64,000 bases of DNA from Carcharhinus amblyrhynchos (Eukaryota), in the NCBI GenBank assembly GCA_965287045.1, contig OZ336871.1, positions 55,676,001 through 55,740,000 on the forward strand, read 5' to 3'. Of this stretch, positions 14,101 through 26,812 are shown in pieces (position 1 is the stretch's first letter; each line of letters starts with the position of its first letter). The notes beneath the pieces were generated by a model. That model searched no databases and was not told the origin of the DNA. It worked only from the letters and a program-made list of their open reading frames with translations. A program made the position numbers and the translations under genes.

Positions 14101-14792
14101 ATTAAATATGCAAGTTATGCTTAAGGAAGAAAAGTGAGTCCAGATTTGAGTGAAGCATATAATGCAATGTAAAATTGCTATTGCACAAAGATCCATTTTA
14201 AGTCAGCTACTGGTGGTGCTTTAAAAAAAGCTGGACTATTGTAAAGCAAATTTTTAAATATTTACCTGACTGTGATGGAACAATATTACAAATAATCCAC
14301 TTTTTAAATAGGCAACAACATAGAAGTTATTAAGATGTTTTAAACTTCCTGTTTCAGATTTCTTTGTTTAAACAAATAAGCTGAGGGCGGTATCTATGTC
14401 TTGTTACTTTTGTTCTTTTTTCCTCCAGAGTCATAAAGACTATAGCAACATATTTGTTATGACCTGCCCATCCTAATGTGTTTTTCAGTTTCTTGGGTGT
14501 AACCATTTTTATTTCAGTCTTACCTATTGTGTGCTGTAAGAGTTAACCCCTTGTTGGTAATTTCTCACATTAAAAGAACAAATGCACAGACCAAATCTAG
14601 GATGTTTCTGACGTGAGTACTTGCCTTGATTGTTAGACAATTTGAGGTCGTTCGGTCAATTTTTGTTGCTAGATCTCCACTATCCACTGATTTAAAATGG
14701 ACCTTTGTGCAATAGCAACTTTACATTGCATTATATGCTTCACTCAAATCTGGACTCACTTTTCTTCCTTAAGCATAACTTGCATATTTAAT
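14101..14792. repeat. Inverted repeat, arms 14101-14206 and 14687-14792 (106 bp, 3 differences), 480-nt spacer
   Basis: Base-by-base reverse-complement match: attaaatatgcaagttatgc...ccattttaagtcag versus ctgatttaaaatgg...gcataacttgcatatttaat. Confidence 0.95.
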
Positions 14793-15120
14793 GAGAGATG
14801 TATGCTGTTAAACACTCTTCACTCAGTACACTTCTAAGTTCCTGTACGAATAGTGCAGAGGGCTCCTTTTTTCCATTTTTTAACATTTTAACTTCCTTTA
14901 TTAGAACTAGAAATCTAATTAAAGTAAATAAATGGATCTTTTTCAACAACAATATAGCATGAGACCATCCTTAATGAAGGTCTACACATTCTTTGTTTTA
15001 ATGGATAAATGCATCATTATCAACTAATTCTTAGGACCATGAATAATCTGCTTCACATAATTAGTGCTCGGTATAGTGAAAGAGACAAACCTGATTTAAT
15101 TGATGATTGAGTTGATAGAA

Positions 15121-15220
15121 TGTGAGTTTACTATCAAATAAATCGGTTGGACTTAAACCTGGTGTTGTCAGACTTTTTACTGTGTTTACCCCAGTCCAAC
15201 GCCGGCATATCCACATCATG
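15121..15220 (+). mobile_element. PLE 3' end fragment (same family as the 54949 element)
   Basis: Near-identical to 55750-55848, including the ccagtccaacgccggc...cacatcatg tail. Confidence 0.85.
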
Positions 15221-15670
15221 CAGCACAGACAGAATTTCAGAGTGCCCTGAGATTAGAACACACCAACTTCTTCCCAGAGCTCAGTGAATTAAGCCAGTGA
15301 GTAGCTTGGCCATTTAGGACAAGATGGCTTAAGGTTCAACCTCTGACCTTTGCTAAGTTAGTTGATCGCAGCCAAATCAGTTGTATTGTGTATCTGGCCT
15401 AACAAAGGGAATGTTACCAGAGTTCTTGCTCCTGATTGATATTCAACAGTCTCATTGAAAATGCACGTGTGAACACTGCTTGAGGACAGTACCAGGCTCT
15501 GTGGATATATTCCTCAGTCTAATTGCTTGTCAGTACTCTCTGTCAAGCTCAAAACTGAATGACACTGGCTTAATGAGGTTAGTGCTGGGCAACCAATACT
15601 GCATCAAGGACTCAGTACCTACAGAGGATGGAGTAAATTAATAAGGATAACAAAATGGCACATGTGAAAG

Positions 15671-15966
15671 TCACGATGTGGAGAGCCAGTGTTGGACTGG
15701 GGTAAACACAGTAAGAAGTCTCACAACACCAGGTTAAAGTCCAGCAGGTTTATTTGGTAGCAAACACCACTAGCTTTCGGGACTCTGCCCCTTCGTCAGG
15801 TGAGTGGGGCGTTCTGATTACAAGCAGGTCACATCTGATTACAAGCAGGTCATATAAAGACACACACTCAGTTTACAGAATACTGATTAGAATCCGAGTT
15901 TTTACAGTTAATCAAGTCTTAAAGGTGCAGACGTGAGTAGAGATAGCGCTAAGCATGGGTTAAAGA
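15671..15966 (-). mobile_element. PLE pLTR fragment with hammerhead motif
   Basis: Reverse complement reads cctgacgaaggggcagagtcccgaaagctagtg followed by the tail. Internal 21-bp tandem duplication ctgattacaagcaggtca(c/t)at. Confidence 0.85.
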
Positions 15967-16490
15967 CAGTGAGAGACAATACACAAATCTTTAATCAAAG
16001 TATGTTCTCTAATTTATACAAACAATGATTTTTTAAAAAATCTATTTTGTACTCAATTTATAACTTTCCTACTTTGGTGGTGAGGACCCGTTGTAATGTA
16101 CAATAACACAAACTATTTGTTATGACTACATAATAAGGCCAGAAATACTATCAGTATGTATTTTGCTGTGTGGCACTTGGACATACCATCATCTTTATAT
16201 GTTGTACCCCAAGTAAACGTAAGATCATTTGCATTGACAGCGAACAGTGAAACTGCAAAACAAAATCTTATTAGTTCATATCAAAGGTCAGTCTTTTAAG
16301 TTTTTCAGAAATGTTATTTCAGTGATATCCTATGAGCTTGCACTAAATCCAAGGACTATTTTCTCCAAAGATTGTCCTAATACCTATGAATTCCCAGAAA
16401 TTACTGATCTCTTGAAATAATACCACCAACCTATGCTAATTTAAACCACAGTAGAATGGCCTACTCCCGTTTCCAGTTACTAAATTTCTA

Positions 16491-16811
16491 GGCGTGGCAC
16501 AGTGGTTAGCACTGCTGCCTCACAGTGCCAGGGACTGGGTTCAGTTCCAGCCTTGGATAACTGTCTATGTGGAGTTTGCACAATCCCCCTGTTTCTGCAC
16601 GGTTTTCCTCCAGGTGTACCAGTTTCCACCCACCGTCCAAAGATGTGCGGGTTAGGTTGATTGGCCGTGTTAAATTGATCCTAGTGTCAGCGGGATTAGC
16701 AGGGTAAATATCTGGGGTCATGGGAATAGGGACTGGGTGGGATCGTGGTCGGTGCTGACTCAATGGGCCAAACGTCCTCCTTCTGCACTGTAGGGATTCT
16801 ATGATTCTATG
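16491..16811 (+). mobile_element. HE1-type tRNA-derived V-SINE
   Basis: gtggcacagtggttagcactgctgcctcacagtgccagggactgggttc head with A/B boxes, V-domain gtggagtttgcac and gattctatgattctatg tail. Confidence 0.85.
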
Positions 16812-17077
16812 TTTATTTGTTTCAGACAGGAGGGTAATTAATTTAAGCAGCCCTGATTTCTCCTCTCATCACCCATTAGTAAACAGAAAGGTGTTTCTTG
16901 ATTTCTCCCTTTATATAGTGGTGACATATTTTCCCAATTCTTCAATTTTGGTTTGATTCATTTTCCAATAACAACTCCAAACTAAACTCATAGGAGTAGT
17001 GTATGCACACGCACAAACCCAAGGGGAGGAGTCACATTGGAGAGCCCTTTTTCATGCATATTTATTGACAAAAATCA

Positions 17078-18052
17078 TAGCCTTCAACATCTTTAATCCT
17101 ATGAAACCCATCTCCAAACTCCTAGGGCTCAGCTCCTCCCTCTGCGAATGGATCCGAGACTTCTTAACCCACAGACCACAATCAGTAAGAATAGGCAACA
17201 ACACCACCTCCATGATCATGCTCAACATTGGTGGCCCTCAAGCCACGACCTCAGTCCCTTGCTATAATCTTCATACACTTACGACTATGTGCCCAAATTC
17301 CCCTCCAACTTGATTTTCAGGTTTGCTGGTGACACCACTGTAATGGATCTCAAACAATGATGAGGTGCAGTACAGGAAAGAGATAGAGAATCTGTTGAAT
17401 TGGTGCAATGACAATAATCCCTCCCTCAATGTCAACAAAAATGAAGGAGATAGGCGTCAACTTCAGGAAGCATAGTGAAGGACGTGCCCCTGTCTACATC
17501 AATGGGGATGAAATGGAAATGATCGAGAGCTTCAAGTTTCTAGGTGTCCAGATGACCAACAACCTGTCCTGCTCCCTCCATGACAACACCATAGATAAGA
17601 AAGCCCACCAATGCTTCTACTTTCTCAGGAAGTTAAGGAAATTTGGCATGTCCACTACCACTCTCACCAGTTCTCCAGGTGCACCATAGAAAGCATTCTT
17701 TCTGGTTATATCATAGTTTGGTATGGCTCCTGCTCTGTCCAAGACTGCATGAAACCACAAAGGGTCGTGAATGAAGCCCAGTCCATCACACAAATCAGCC
17801 TCCCATCTATTGACTCTGTCTATACTTCCAGCTGCCTCGGAAAAGTAGCCAGCTTTTTCCTTGCTGCCATCAGACTTTTACACGGACCTACCTTGTATTA
17901 AACTGATCTTTCTCCACACCCTTGCTGTGACTGTAACACCTACTTTCTGCACCTTCTTTCCTTCTCTATGTACGGTATGGTTTGTCTGTGTAATGCACAA
18001 GAAACAATACTTTTACTGTATATTAATACATGTGACAATAAATCAAAAATCA
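17078..18052 (+). mobile_element. Rex1/Babar-type LINE, degraded RT and 3' end
   Basis: Peptides LGLSSSLCEWIRDFLTHRPQSVRIG, KAHQCFYFLRKLRKFG and RCTIESILSG..VWYG. Tail acaataaatcaaa. Confidence 0.8.
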
Positions 18053-18354
18053 ACTCAATTATGTTATAGAAACATTGGGGTATAAAGAAAGAAATTGATG
18101 TATAGGGCAAAACGCACAGGATAAAGAATTGCTGTTTCATATGAGTCCAGAATTAAAGTTCAATAGTGTATCCCTTCACACAGCCAACAGGTTGAAAACT
18201 GATGCTGGATAATTCCCTTTTCCAGTGGAGATAACTTCCACAATGGGTTGGACATGTAGAGATGAATTAGTCTTGTAGGCACTGGCACAAAAGTTCAAAA
18301 TGTCCAGTAGAAACAGTGTAGAAGGAGCAACATTACAGGCCCTATCAACTTATT

Positions 18355-18420
18355 GGGGGTGTGGGGAGGGGGGGGGGGGTGGTGGTGGTGGTGGTGGCGG
18401 GGGTGGTGGCGGGGGAAAGG
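18355..18420 (+). repeat. G-run / (GGT)n tract
   Basis: Direct reading. Confidence 0.9.
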
Positions 18421-19874
18421 AATGTGACCCCCAGTGCTCCATTTTGGCTGGGACAGTGTATATTCCTTAGTTTGAATTCTCCAGATTGGTAATGTTTCAG
18501 CCGTAAAGGATTTCAGAAGAGGTTTCAGGGCCCTTTGTTCTATCAGACTGGTCATCTCTGTTAGCCAGGCTTGGTCTGGTCTCTGGACCCATAGAACTTC
18601 TGGAGATAATGAGATGACAGCTGTTCTGAATGCCAGGAAGTTCCTTTTGTTTGAGTCATAGCCAACCATGGCTTAAGTCATTTTAGAGTCTTTGTCCAAT
18701 TTTTAACATTTTTATAAATTAGCCATGATGATATAAAATTTTATAAGAATGTAGGATGGGGTCTTAGCCCCCTGACATATTGCAGGATTTTACTTATTTT
18801 ATTTCATTATTTAAATTCAGCTACAACAAACCAAGGTAACTAAGCAATATGAAAATGTCAACCGCAAATGTTTTGAGCGCTGAACATATTGTCATCCTGG
18901 ACAGATGTTCAAAACATAATCAAAGTTTAAAACAAAATGCTAAGTAATGCTATGCAATCACTGAATCCAATAACAACGCTTTTATCTGATACCTCTGCTT
19001 GAAACGTTTTGTAGTGTGATCTGACTATATTGTAAATAGTTGCATAAACTCCGTTCTGTGTTTGGTAATTCCAAAAGCTGTGGTTTTTTGTTGTGGGAAA
19101 AATTAGCCTCATTAGAAGGAAACAATCATTTTTGAGAGGGTTTTACTTTTAATATCTTATTGATTACAACTGCCTTCAAAAAGACTATAAACTCACATTT
19201 TTATGGATACTTTATTTTGTCAACAGATAATACCAGTTTCTACATACAAAAAGTCCTTGTAGCAAATTCTGATTTTATTACTTTCACTATGAATAGCACA
19301 ATGTCTTGCTACAGGAACATTACATTGATACTTCTTTAGAAAATGAAAGGGCTAATTGAAGCAAAATAAAAATGCTTAAAATACACAACATGTCAGTGCA
19401 TATCTCTGATGTGAAAACAAAATGTTTGATATTACTTTTCAACAGTCATAATGTTCCAGAATTTATGTTGAAACACAAATGGTGATGCTTTCAGTGCTGA
19501 TCATGTACAGTGGAGGAAATTCCTGGAATACATACATTTGTAGTTCATGTAGAAATTCAGAATTTGCAGTCAGAGATACTCTGCTTCACCACAGAATATG
19601 CAGCTGATGTCTCTGCTGCCTATACTAGATAATGAAATGACGACAACAACACAAGGACTTGCCCACTACTTTCATACTAAAAATGATTAAAAGAACATTA
19701 GGGTTGGTGTATTTTAGCAGTGTGAAAGTGATAATTACTGCTGAACAACCTTGCTGGCTCTGAAGAATTAGTTCTACAAGGGAAAAAGGTCTGTCAGAAG
19801 AAGAAAAAACAAAACTTAAATTAAAATTATTTGCCTTTACTTTTCAGTCTGTCTCTGTCTTTGAGGATGAGATG

Positions 19875-21451
19875 TGATACAGACTGATATGATAGAGGAG
19901 GTAGATGTTCTGAGGGAAGATGTATTAGCAATTTTGAAAAACCTGAGGGTTGATAAGACTCCTGGCCCAGATGGGATACACCTTAGGATACTTTGGGAGG
20001 CAAGGGATGAGATTGTGGAACCTTAGCTTTGATCTTTGGGTCCTCGCTGTCCACAGGGATTGTGCCAGAGAGCTAGAGAGTGGCGAATGTTGTTTCTGTC
20101 TTCAAGAAAGGAAATAGGAATGACCCTGGTAATTATAGGCCAGTTAGTCTTCTTTCAGTGGTTGGTAAGTTAACGGAAAGGATCCTGAGGGATAGGATTT
20201 ATGACCATTTGGAAAGATGCAGTTGAATCCGGGATAGTCAGCATGGTTTCGTGAGGGATAAGTCCCGTCTCACAAATTTGATTGAATTCTTTGAGGAGGT
20301 AACTAAGTGTGTAGACAAAGGTAGAGCAGTTGATGTCATGTAAATATATTTTAATAAGGCGTTTGATGGTAGGCTCATGAAGAAGGTAAGGAGGTGTGGG
20401 ATAGAAGGAAATTTGGCTGATTGGTTAAGTAACTGGCTGTCTCATAGAAGACAGAGGATGGTGGTGGAGGAAAAGTTTTCAGACTGGAGGCCAGTTACCA
20501 GCAGTGTACCACAGTGATCTGTGCTGGGTCCTCTGCTATTTGTGATTTTTATCAATGACTTGGAAGAGGGGGCTGAAGAGTGAGTTAGTAAATTTGCTGA
20601 TGACACCAAGATTGGTGGAGTAGAGGATGAGATGGAGAGCTCTTGCAGGCTGCAAAGAGACATTGATAGGATGTGGAGCTGGGCAGAAAAGTGGCAGATG
20701 GAATTTAACCCTGATAAGTGCGAGGTGATTCATTTTGGTAGGACAAACTTGAATGTGGATTACAGGGTCAATGGCAGGGTTCTGAGGAATGTGAAGGAAC
20801 AGAGAGATCTTGGGGTTCGCATCCACAGATCTCTGAAGGTTACCACTCAAGTGGATAGAGCCGTGAAGAAGGCCTATAGTGTGTTTGCGTTTATTAACAG
20901 GGGTTATGAGCTGTGGGGTTACGCTGCAACTATACAGGACCTTAGTGAGACCACATTTGGAATATTGTGTGCAGTCTGGTCACCTCATTATAAGAAGGAT
21001 GTGGAAGTGCAGAGGAGATTTACTGGTTTGGAGGGTAGGTCTTATGAGGAAAGGTTGAGAGAGCTGGGGCTTTTCTCTTTAGAGCGGAGGAGGAGGATGA
21101 GAGACAACTTATAGAGGTTTATAAGATGATGAGGGGGATAGAGTGGACGTGCAGACACTATTTCCACGGATGGATGTAACTGTTACTAGGGGATATAACT
21201 ATAAGGTTCATGGTGGGAGATATAGGAGGGATGTCCGAGGTAGATTCTTTACTCAGAGAGTGGTTGGGGTGTGGAATGTACTGCCTGCTGTGATAGTGGA
21301 GTTGGACACTTTAGGAACTTTCAAGCAGTTATTGGATAGGCACATGGAGCACACCTGAATGATAGGAAGTGGGATAGCTTGGGTTTGGACATAGCTTGGC
21401 ACAATATTGAGGCCTGAAGGGCCTGTACTGTGCTGTACTGTTCTATGTTCT
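19875..21451 (+). mobile_element. Older CR1 LINE (RT to 3' end), many stops and frameshifts
   Basis: PGPDGI, NYRPVSL, SKFADDTK and WAEKWQMEFNPDKC motifs. Tail gtgctgtactgttctatgttct. Confidence 0.9.
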
Positions 21452-22112
21452 TTTATCCATCTCCCTTAACCCCATCTGTATTTTCCAGTTTTTATTTTGC
21501 TTTTATCATATCATACAACTCTGAAAATAAACTGCAAAGATTGAGTAGTGAGTGAAAATGAGAAGAAAGACCTGGACATAAATTGTAAGAAAACAGAATG
21601 TGTCCAAAAAAGAAAATCAAACCAGAATGTAAGATCACAATGAAGAATACAAAGAACAAACAGGTAGACAAATTTTGTTACTGATGAAATATTTCAGTAT
21701 CAAATGGAAAGTGTGACCAAGAAATAAGACTAACCCTGGACATGTTTCTCAGGCCGTTCATACAGTGGGATTCTCTGGTCCTGCTGCAATTAATGGAGAT
21801 TTGGTGAAATTTTTCATCCTTGCTGGCAGCGGTGACGGAGTGTGAAATGCTAGAGAATTCTGGCTCCTGTGGCAGGTTCCCTGGCTGCACAGCGAGCAAT
21901 GCAAATGGACCAGAAGATCCCAGTGGCAGTCAATGGTGAGCCCAATGGTGGCAAAAATCCTGGCCTAAAGTTTGGAATGACCATGAATATATTTCAGAAA
22001 ATGAAAAAGATGATCAACTCAAAATTAGCTAATGGAAACAAAACTGAGAATGTACATTACACCAATCACATTACACTCACTCACCTGAAGAAGTGATTGT
22101 TGAATGATCAGT

Positions 22113-22810
22113 GATTTGATTTATTATTGTCGCATATATTAGCATACAGTGAAAAGTATTGCTTCTTGCGCACTATACAGACAAAGCATACTGTACATAG
22201 AATCGGGAAGAATAGAAGGGGTCAGTGGATGAGAGGCTGGTTTGTGTGATGGACTGGGCTTCGTTCATGACCCTTTGTAGTTTCTTGCGGTTTTGGACAG
22301 GGCAGGAACCATACCAAGTGTGATATAAGCAAAAAGGATGCTTTCCATGGTGCGTCTATAAAAGTTGGTGGGAGTCGTAGTGGGAATGCCAAATTTCCTT
22401 AGTCTTCTGAGAAAGTAGAGGCATTGGTGGGCTTTCTTAACTATAGTGTTGGCAAGGAAGGGCCAGGACAAGTTGTTGGTGATCTGGGCACTTCTACTTC
22501 GTCCCCATTGATGTAGACACGGGCATGTCCCCTACTGCACTTGCTGAAGTCAATAACTATCTCCTTTGTTTTGTTGACATTGAAGGAGAGATTATTGTTG
22601 TTGCACCGGTTCCTCTATCTCTTTCCTGTACTGTCTCAGCATTGTTTGGGATCCAACCCATTTTGGTGGTGTCATCTATAAACTTTAAAATGGAGTTGAA
22701 GGGGAATTTATCCACAGTCAGGGGTGTATAAGGAGTATAGTAGATGGCTGAGGACACAGCCTTGTGAGGCGCCGGTGTTAAGGGTGATTGCGAAGGAGGT
22801 GTTGTTGCCT
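22113..22810 (-). mobile_element. Rex1/Babar-type LINE fragment
   Basis: Peptides TGASQGCVLSHLLYSLYT, KFIDDTT and KAHQCLYFLRRLRKFG. Confidence 0.8.
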
Positions 22811-24305
22811 AGTGTAGTGAAGAATTGAGGATGCAGTTTTGTGTTATTTGATATTAAAGATATCTTACATGTCACACTAACAGTGATGAGGTGCTGGTAA
22901 ATTATGAGACCAAGATCAGGAAGAGATGGTTGGAATTTCTTGGATATATAATAATAAATCATGATTTATAAGTCCAATGCTGATGGAGAGATTGATGGTA
23001 GAAGAGATTGAGGTGGACAAAGAACAGTCTTTTTAAAGAGCTTTGCAAACTTGATCAGTGTTCCAACAAGGATAATGTATGCTTCTAGAGCAATGTCAAC
23101 ATGCAGGTCGATAATCACCAATGTCTTCTTATAGCATGGTAACTGAACAGAGCGAGAGAGAGAGAGTGAGTGCATTATTTATATCAAATTTATTGTTCCT
23201 ATTTGCTGCTCGTCACAAGCAAGGATTCTTCAGTCTGCCTTGTTGTCACTTTACCTGCTCACAGTAGAGGGCATAGTAATGGAAAGATTCTGGATTAAAG
23301 AAAATCTCCATGGATAAGCCTGTTAAAAGTCTGTGAACAGCTGTCAGCAAAGTGAACAGCAAACTTTATCCCTTGAAAGTAATGTCCAGTCCATTGTGCA
23401 TTTTCTCTTTCCAGATGCTGACTGCCTTGTATTTCAGTATTTAATTTAATTTCAAATTGTTAGCATTTGCAATTTTCCTTTTTATTGATCTGAAGCATCC
23501 TCTAATTCTTCTTTCAAAATAAGGTTTGCAGGCACCCAATATGTTAAAATATCACTTTGCATAATCTTACGTAGAATAAATACATGTAAGTGTTATGCAA
23601 AAATGAAGATTGAAAGCATTTACAGAATCTAATCAGAAGGAAACTCCATCCATGTCTGCTAAACTCCTAGTCCCATTAACAAGTTTCCAGACTTGTAGAT
23701 CTGTTGACTCTAGTGTCACTTGTCATTGGCAATGGAGACACAAATACACATTTAGATTACAGGAAACACCAATTTACATTTGACGTATTCAGAAGCAATT
23801 TAAAGTCAGTGAACTAAACCAATAAAAGGTTAAAAGACCACTCTGTACATTCAAATTAACAAACATAATTTAATTAACTTGTAGATCAAAAGCCACCGCT
23901 TAATTAAAATGGAATGCAGAATCTCCACACAACTGTCAATTTGACAACCTCTTCAGTTTCAATCTAAAACCGAAACCTTCATGATTATAGCAGCAAGCTC
24001 CTGACTATTTGTTGCTTTAAGAATAAGATGTGCTTTGATAAAAAAAGCTTGCTCAGGATTTTAATCAAAACATAAAGAGGTCTAGAGGCGCATTATGTGT
24101 AGCATTGTTTAACTTTAGACCGTCAATGTTTGATTGAAACAAGTTGAACAAGTTTAATAAAACAATTAAAGAAGTAGTTTGAATATGATCATTACCATTT
24201 GAAGGAGAGAGCTGACACAAATATGTAAAGAGACAAAAACAAAAATATATTCACACTGCTTCATCCCACTTCTCCACATACATGCATGCACGGACAGACA
24301 GGCAG

Positions 24306-24323
24306 ACACACACACACACACAC
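24306..24323 (+). repeat. (AC)n microsatellite
   Basis: Direct reading. Confidence 0.85.
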
Positions 24324-24393
24324 CTGCGAGGAAACAGCAGGAGACTTTCAGTTATGGGGTGGGTGTAGAGTTAATGAATGCCTTCCTAGTATA

Positions 24394-24620
24394 AGTTTGT
24401 TTATTTTGTTAGTGTCACAAGTAGGCTTACATTAACACTGCAATGAAGTTACTGTGAAAATCCCCTAGTCGCCACACTCTGTTCAGTTACACTGAGGGAG
24501 AATTTGGCATGGCCAATGCACCTAACCAATCAGGACTATGGGAGGCAACTGGTGCACCCAGAGGAAACCCATGCATACCTGGAGAGAACAGACTCCACAC
24601 AGACAGTGACTGAAGCTGAG
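24394..24620 (-). mobile_element. HE1-type SINE fragment
   Basis: Reverse complement of the 2300-2460 type tail and V-domain. Confidence 0.75.
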
Positions 24621-24764
24621 AAACAAACTCGTCTTTAGTTGGGGAGAAATAGGGGTTGAGCAGACACACTGTTTAAGATGATGAAAAAAGAAAATATTGG
24701 TACAGGGATAAAAGTATGGAAATCTTGCTTGATGAAAGGGGAATAAGATAGATCTTGCTCATAT

Positions 24765-25930
24765 AAAAGCAAAATACTACAAATGCTAGAATCTGAAACA
24801 AAAAAATACTGTTGGAAAAACTCAGCAGGCCTGATAGCATCTGTGGAGAGAGAAAATAGAATTAACGTTTCGCATCTAGATCACTCTTTACAGCTAAAGA
24901 AAGGGAGAAATGTGATTGATTATATATTGTCTAAGAAGGGATGGAGCAAAATAGTTAGTGATTGGTGGGAGCAAAGAGAGATTGCAACAAAGATGTGCTG
25001 GTCACGAGACAAAGGAAGTGTGAATGGCAGTAGAAGGTATAGTGGCTTAAAAGATAAAATAGCAGAATGTGTTAATGGGAGACAAAGGTGAGTGCTCAGT
25101 GAAAGCAAAACTTAAGAACAAGTGACAGATGACCCACAAAGGGAGGAGGTTGCATTTGGATAAAAAAATGGTTTGAATGTAAAATCCTTTCAGTCAATAT
25201 GTAGGAGAAAGGTCACAGTCTAAAGTTGTTAAACTCAGTGATGTGTTCTGAGAGCTGTAATATGTCTAATTGGAAGATGAGGTGCTGTCCCTCCAGTTTA
25301 TGTTGGGCTTCACCAAACATTGCAGCAGGCCAAGGGCATGAGAACGAGATAGTGAGTTGAAATGACTAGTAACAGGAAAATTGCAAGTCATGCTTGCAGA
25401 CTGAGTGAAGGTGTTTGGCAAAGTGATCATCCTATCTGTGTTTAGATTCCCCAGTGTAAAGAGGGCTGCATTGGGAACAGCAAATACAGTAGACCAAATT
25501 GTAGGAAGTGAAATGTTGCTTCATCTGATTGGCATGTTTGGAGCCTTGACAGATGAGTAGGGAGATGAAGGGACAGATATTGCACCCCTTGTCTAATTGC
25601 AAGGATAGATGCCCATGGGAATAGGATAAGAAGTTGGGGATGATGAAGGAATGGCCCAGAGTGTTGCAGAGGGAGTAGTCCCTGCAAAATGCTGACAGGG
25701 AGAGTGAGGGGAAGATGTGTTTCATGGCAGTATAATGCTGGAGTTGATGAAATGGCAGAGATGATCCTTTGAATGTGGAAACTATGGGATAGGAAGTGAG
25801 GACAAGGGGGACCTTATCAATGTCTGGGAGTGAGGGGAAGGGGTGAGGGTAGAGGTGTGGGAAATGGATGAAATCCGGTTGAATGCTCTGTTAACCACAG
25901 TAGGAGTGACACCTCTGTTAAGGAATAAAG
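24765..25930 (-). mobile_element. Third PLE family, degraded 3' portion with GIY-YIG endonuclease remnant
   Basis: ORF 25432-25725 contains GCNICP...NLVYCICCSQCSPLYTGESKHR (Cys linker plus GIY-YIG). 3' end is shared with short copies at about 27678, 29122, 45424, 50380 and 61762. Confidence 0.8.
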
Positions 25931-26282
25931 CATATTAGTCCCACTTCAGACCTGTCCACCTATTGAGTCACTTCTCTCACTTTATCAACATTTTCATCAC
26001 TGAATATTCCAGCATGATGAAGCTTAAATGCAGCCATTATTTGAGTGTGCGGCTCGGGCTTTGTTCAAATTCAAACCGGGTAGGTTGATTCTGATTGTAT
26101 AGAGAGACCAATACCATGGCATCATAAAAAAATAAACACACAAGTCCTTGTCAGCCATGACCATTTACTGGGGAAGATTTGGAATAGGGACTTTACTGCC
26201 ATCCATTACCATGCCCTTGGAGGTGTCTGTCACTGACAGCAACAGATGCAAGTCTGCAAACAATACAACTATAACAATATAA

Positions 26283-26812
26283 TTATAGTTAAGAAACCCC
26301 ACCAATGCCTCTACTTTCTCAGAAGACTAAGGAAATTTGGCACATTTGCTACGACTCTCACCAACTTTCACAGATGCACCATAGAAAGCATTCTTTCTGG
26401 TTGTATCACAGCTTGGTATGGCTCCTGCTGTGTCCAAGACCACAAGGTCATGAATGTAGCCCAATCCATCACACAATCCAGCCTCCATCCATTGACTGTC
26501 TACACTTCCCACTGCCTCGGCAAAACAGCCAGTATAATCCAGGATCCCACTCACCCCAGACATTCTCTCTTCCACCTTTTTCCTTCAGGAAAAAGATACA
26601 AAAGTCTGAGGTCACATACCAACCGACTCAAGAACAGCTTCTTCCCTGCTGCTGTCAGACTTTTAAATGGACTTACCTTACACTAAGTTGATCATTTTCT
26701 ACACCCTAGCTATGACTGTAACACTACATTCTGCACTTTATCATTTCCTTCTCAATGAACAGTATGTTTTGTTTGTATAGTACATGTGACAATAATAAAT
26801 CAAATCAAATCA
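26283..26812 (+). mobile_element. Rex1/Babar-type LINE 3' end
   Basis: Peptide HQCLYFLRRLRKFG...LFPSGKRYKSLRSHTNRLKNSFFPAAVRLLN. (aaatc)n tail. Confidence 0.85.

Noticed and set aside
16491-16560. tRNA-like sequence
   Set aside because: It is the head of an HE1-type SINE, not a tRNA gene.
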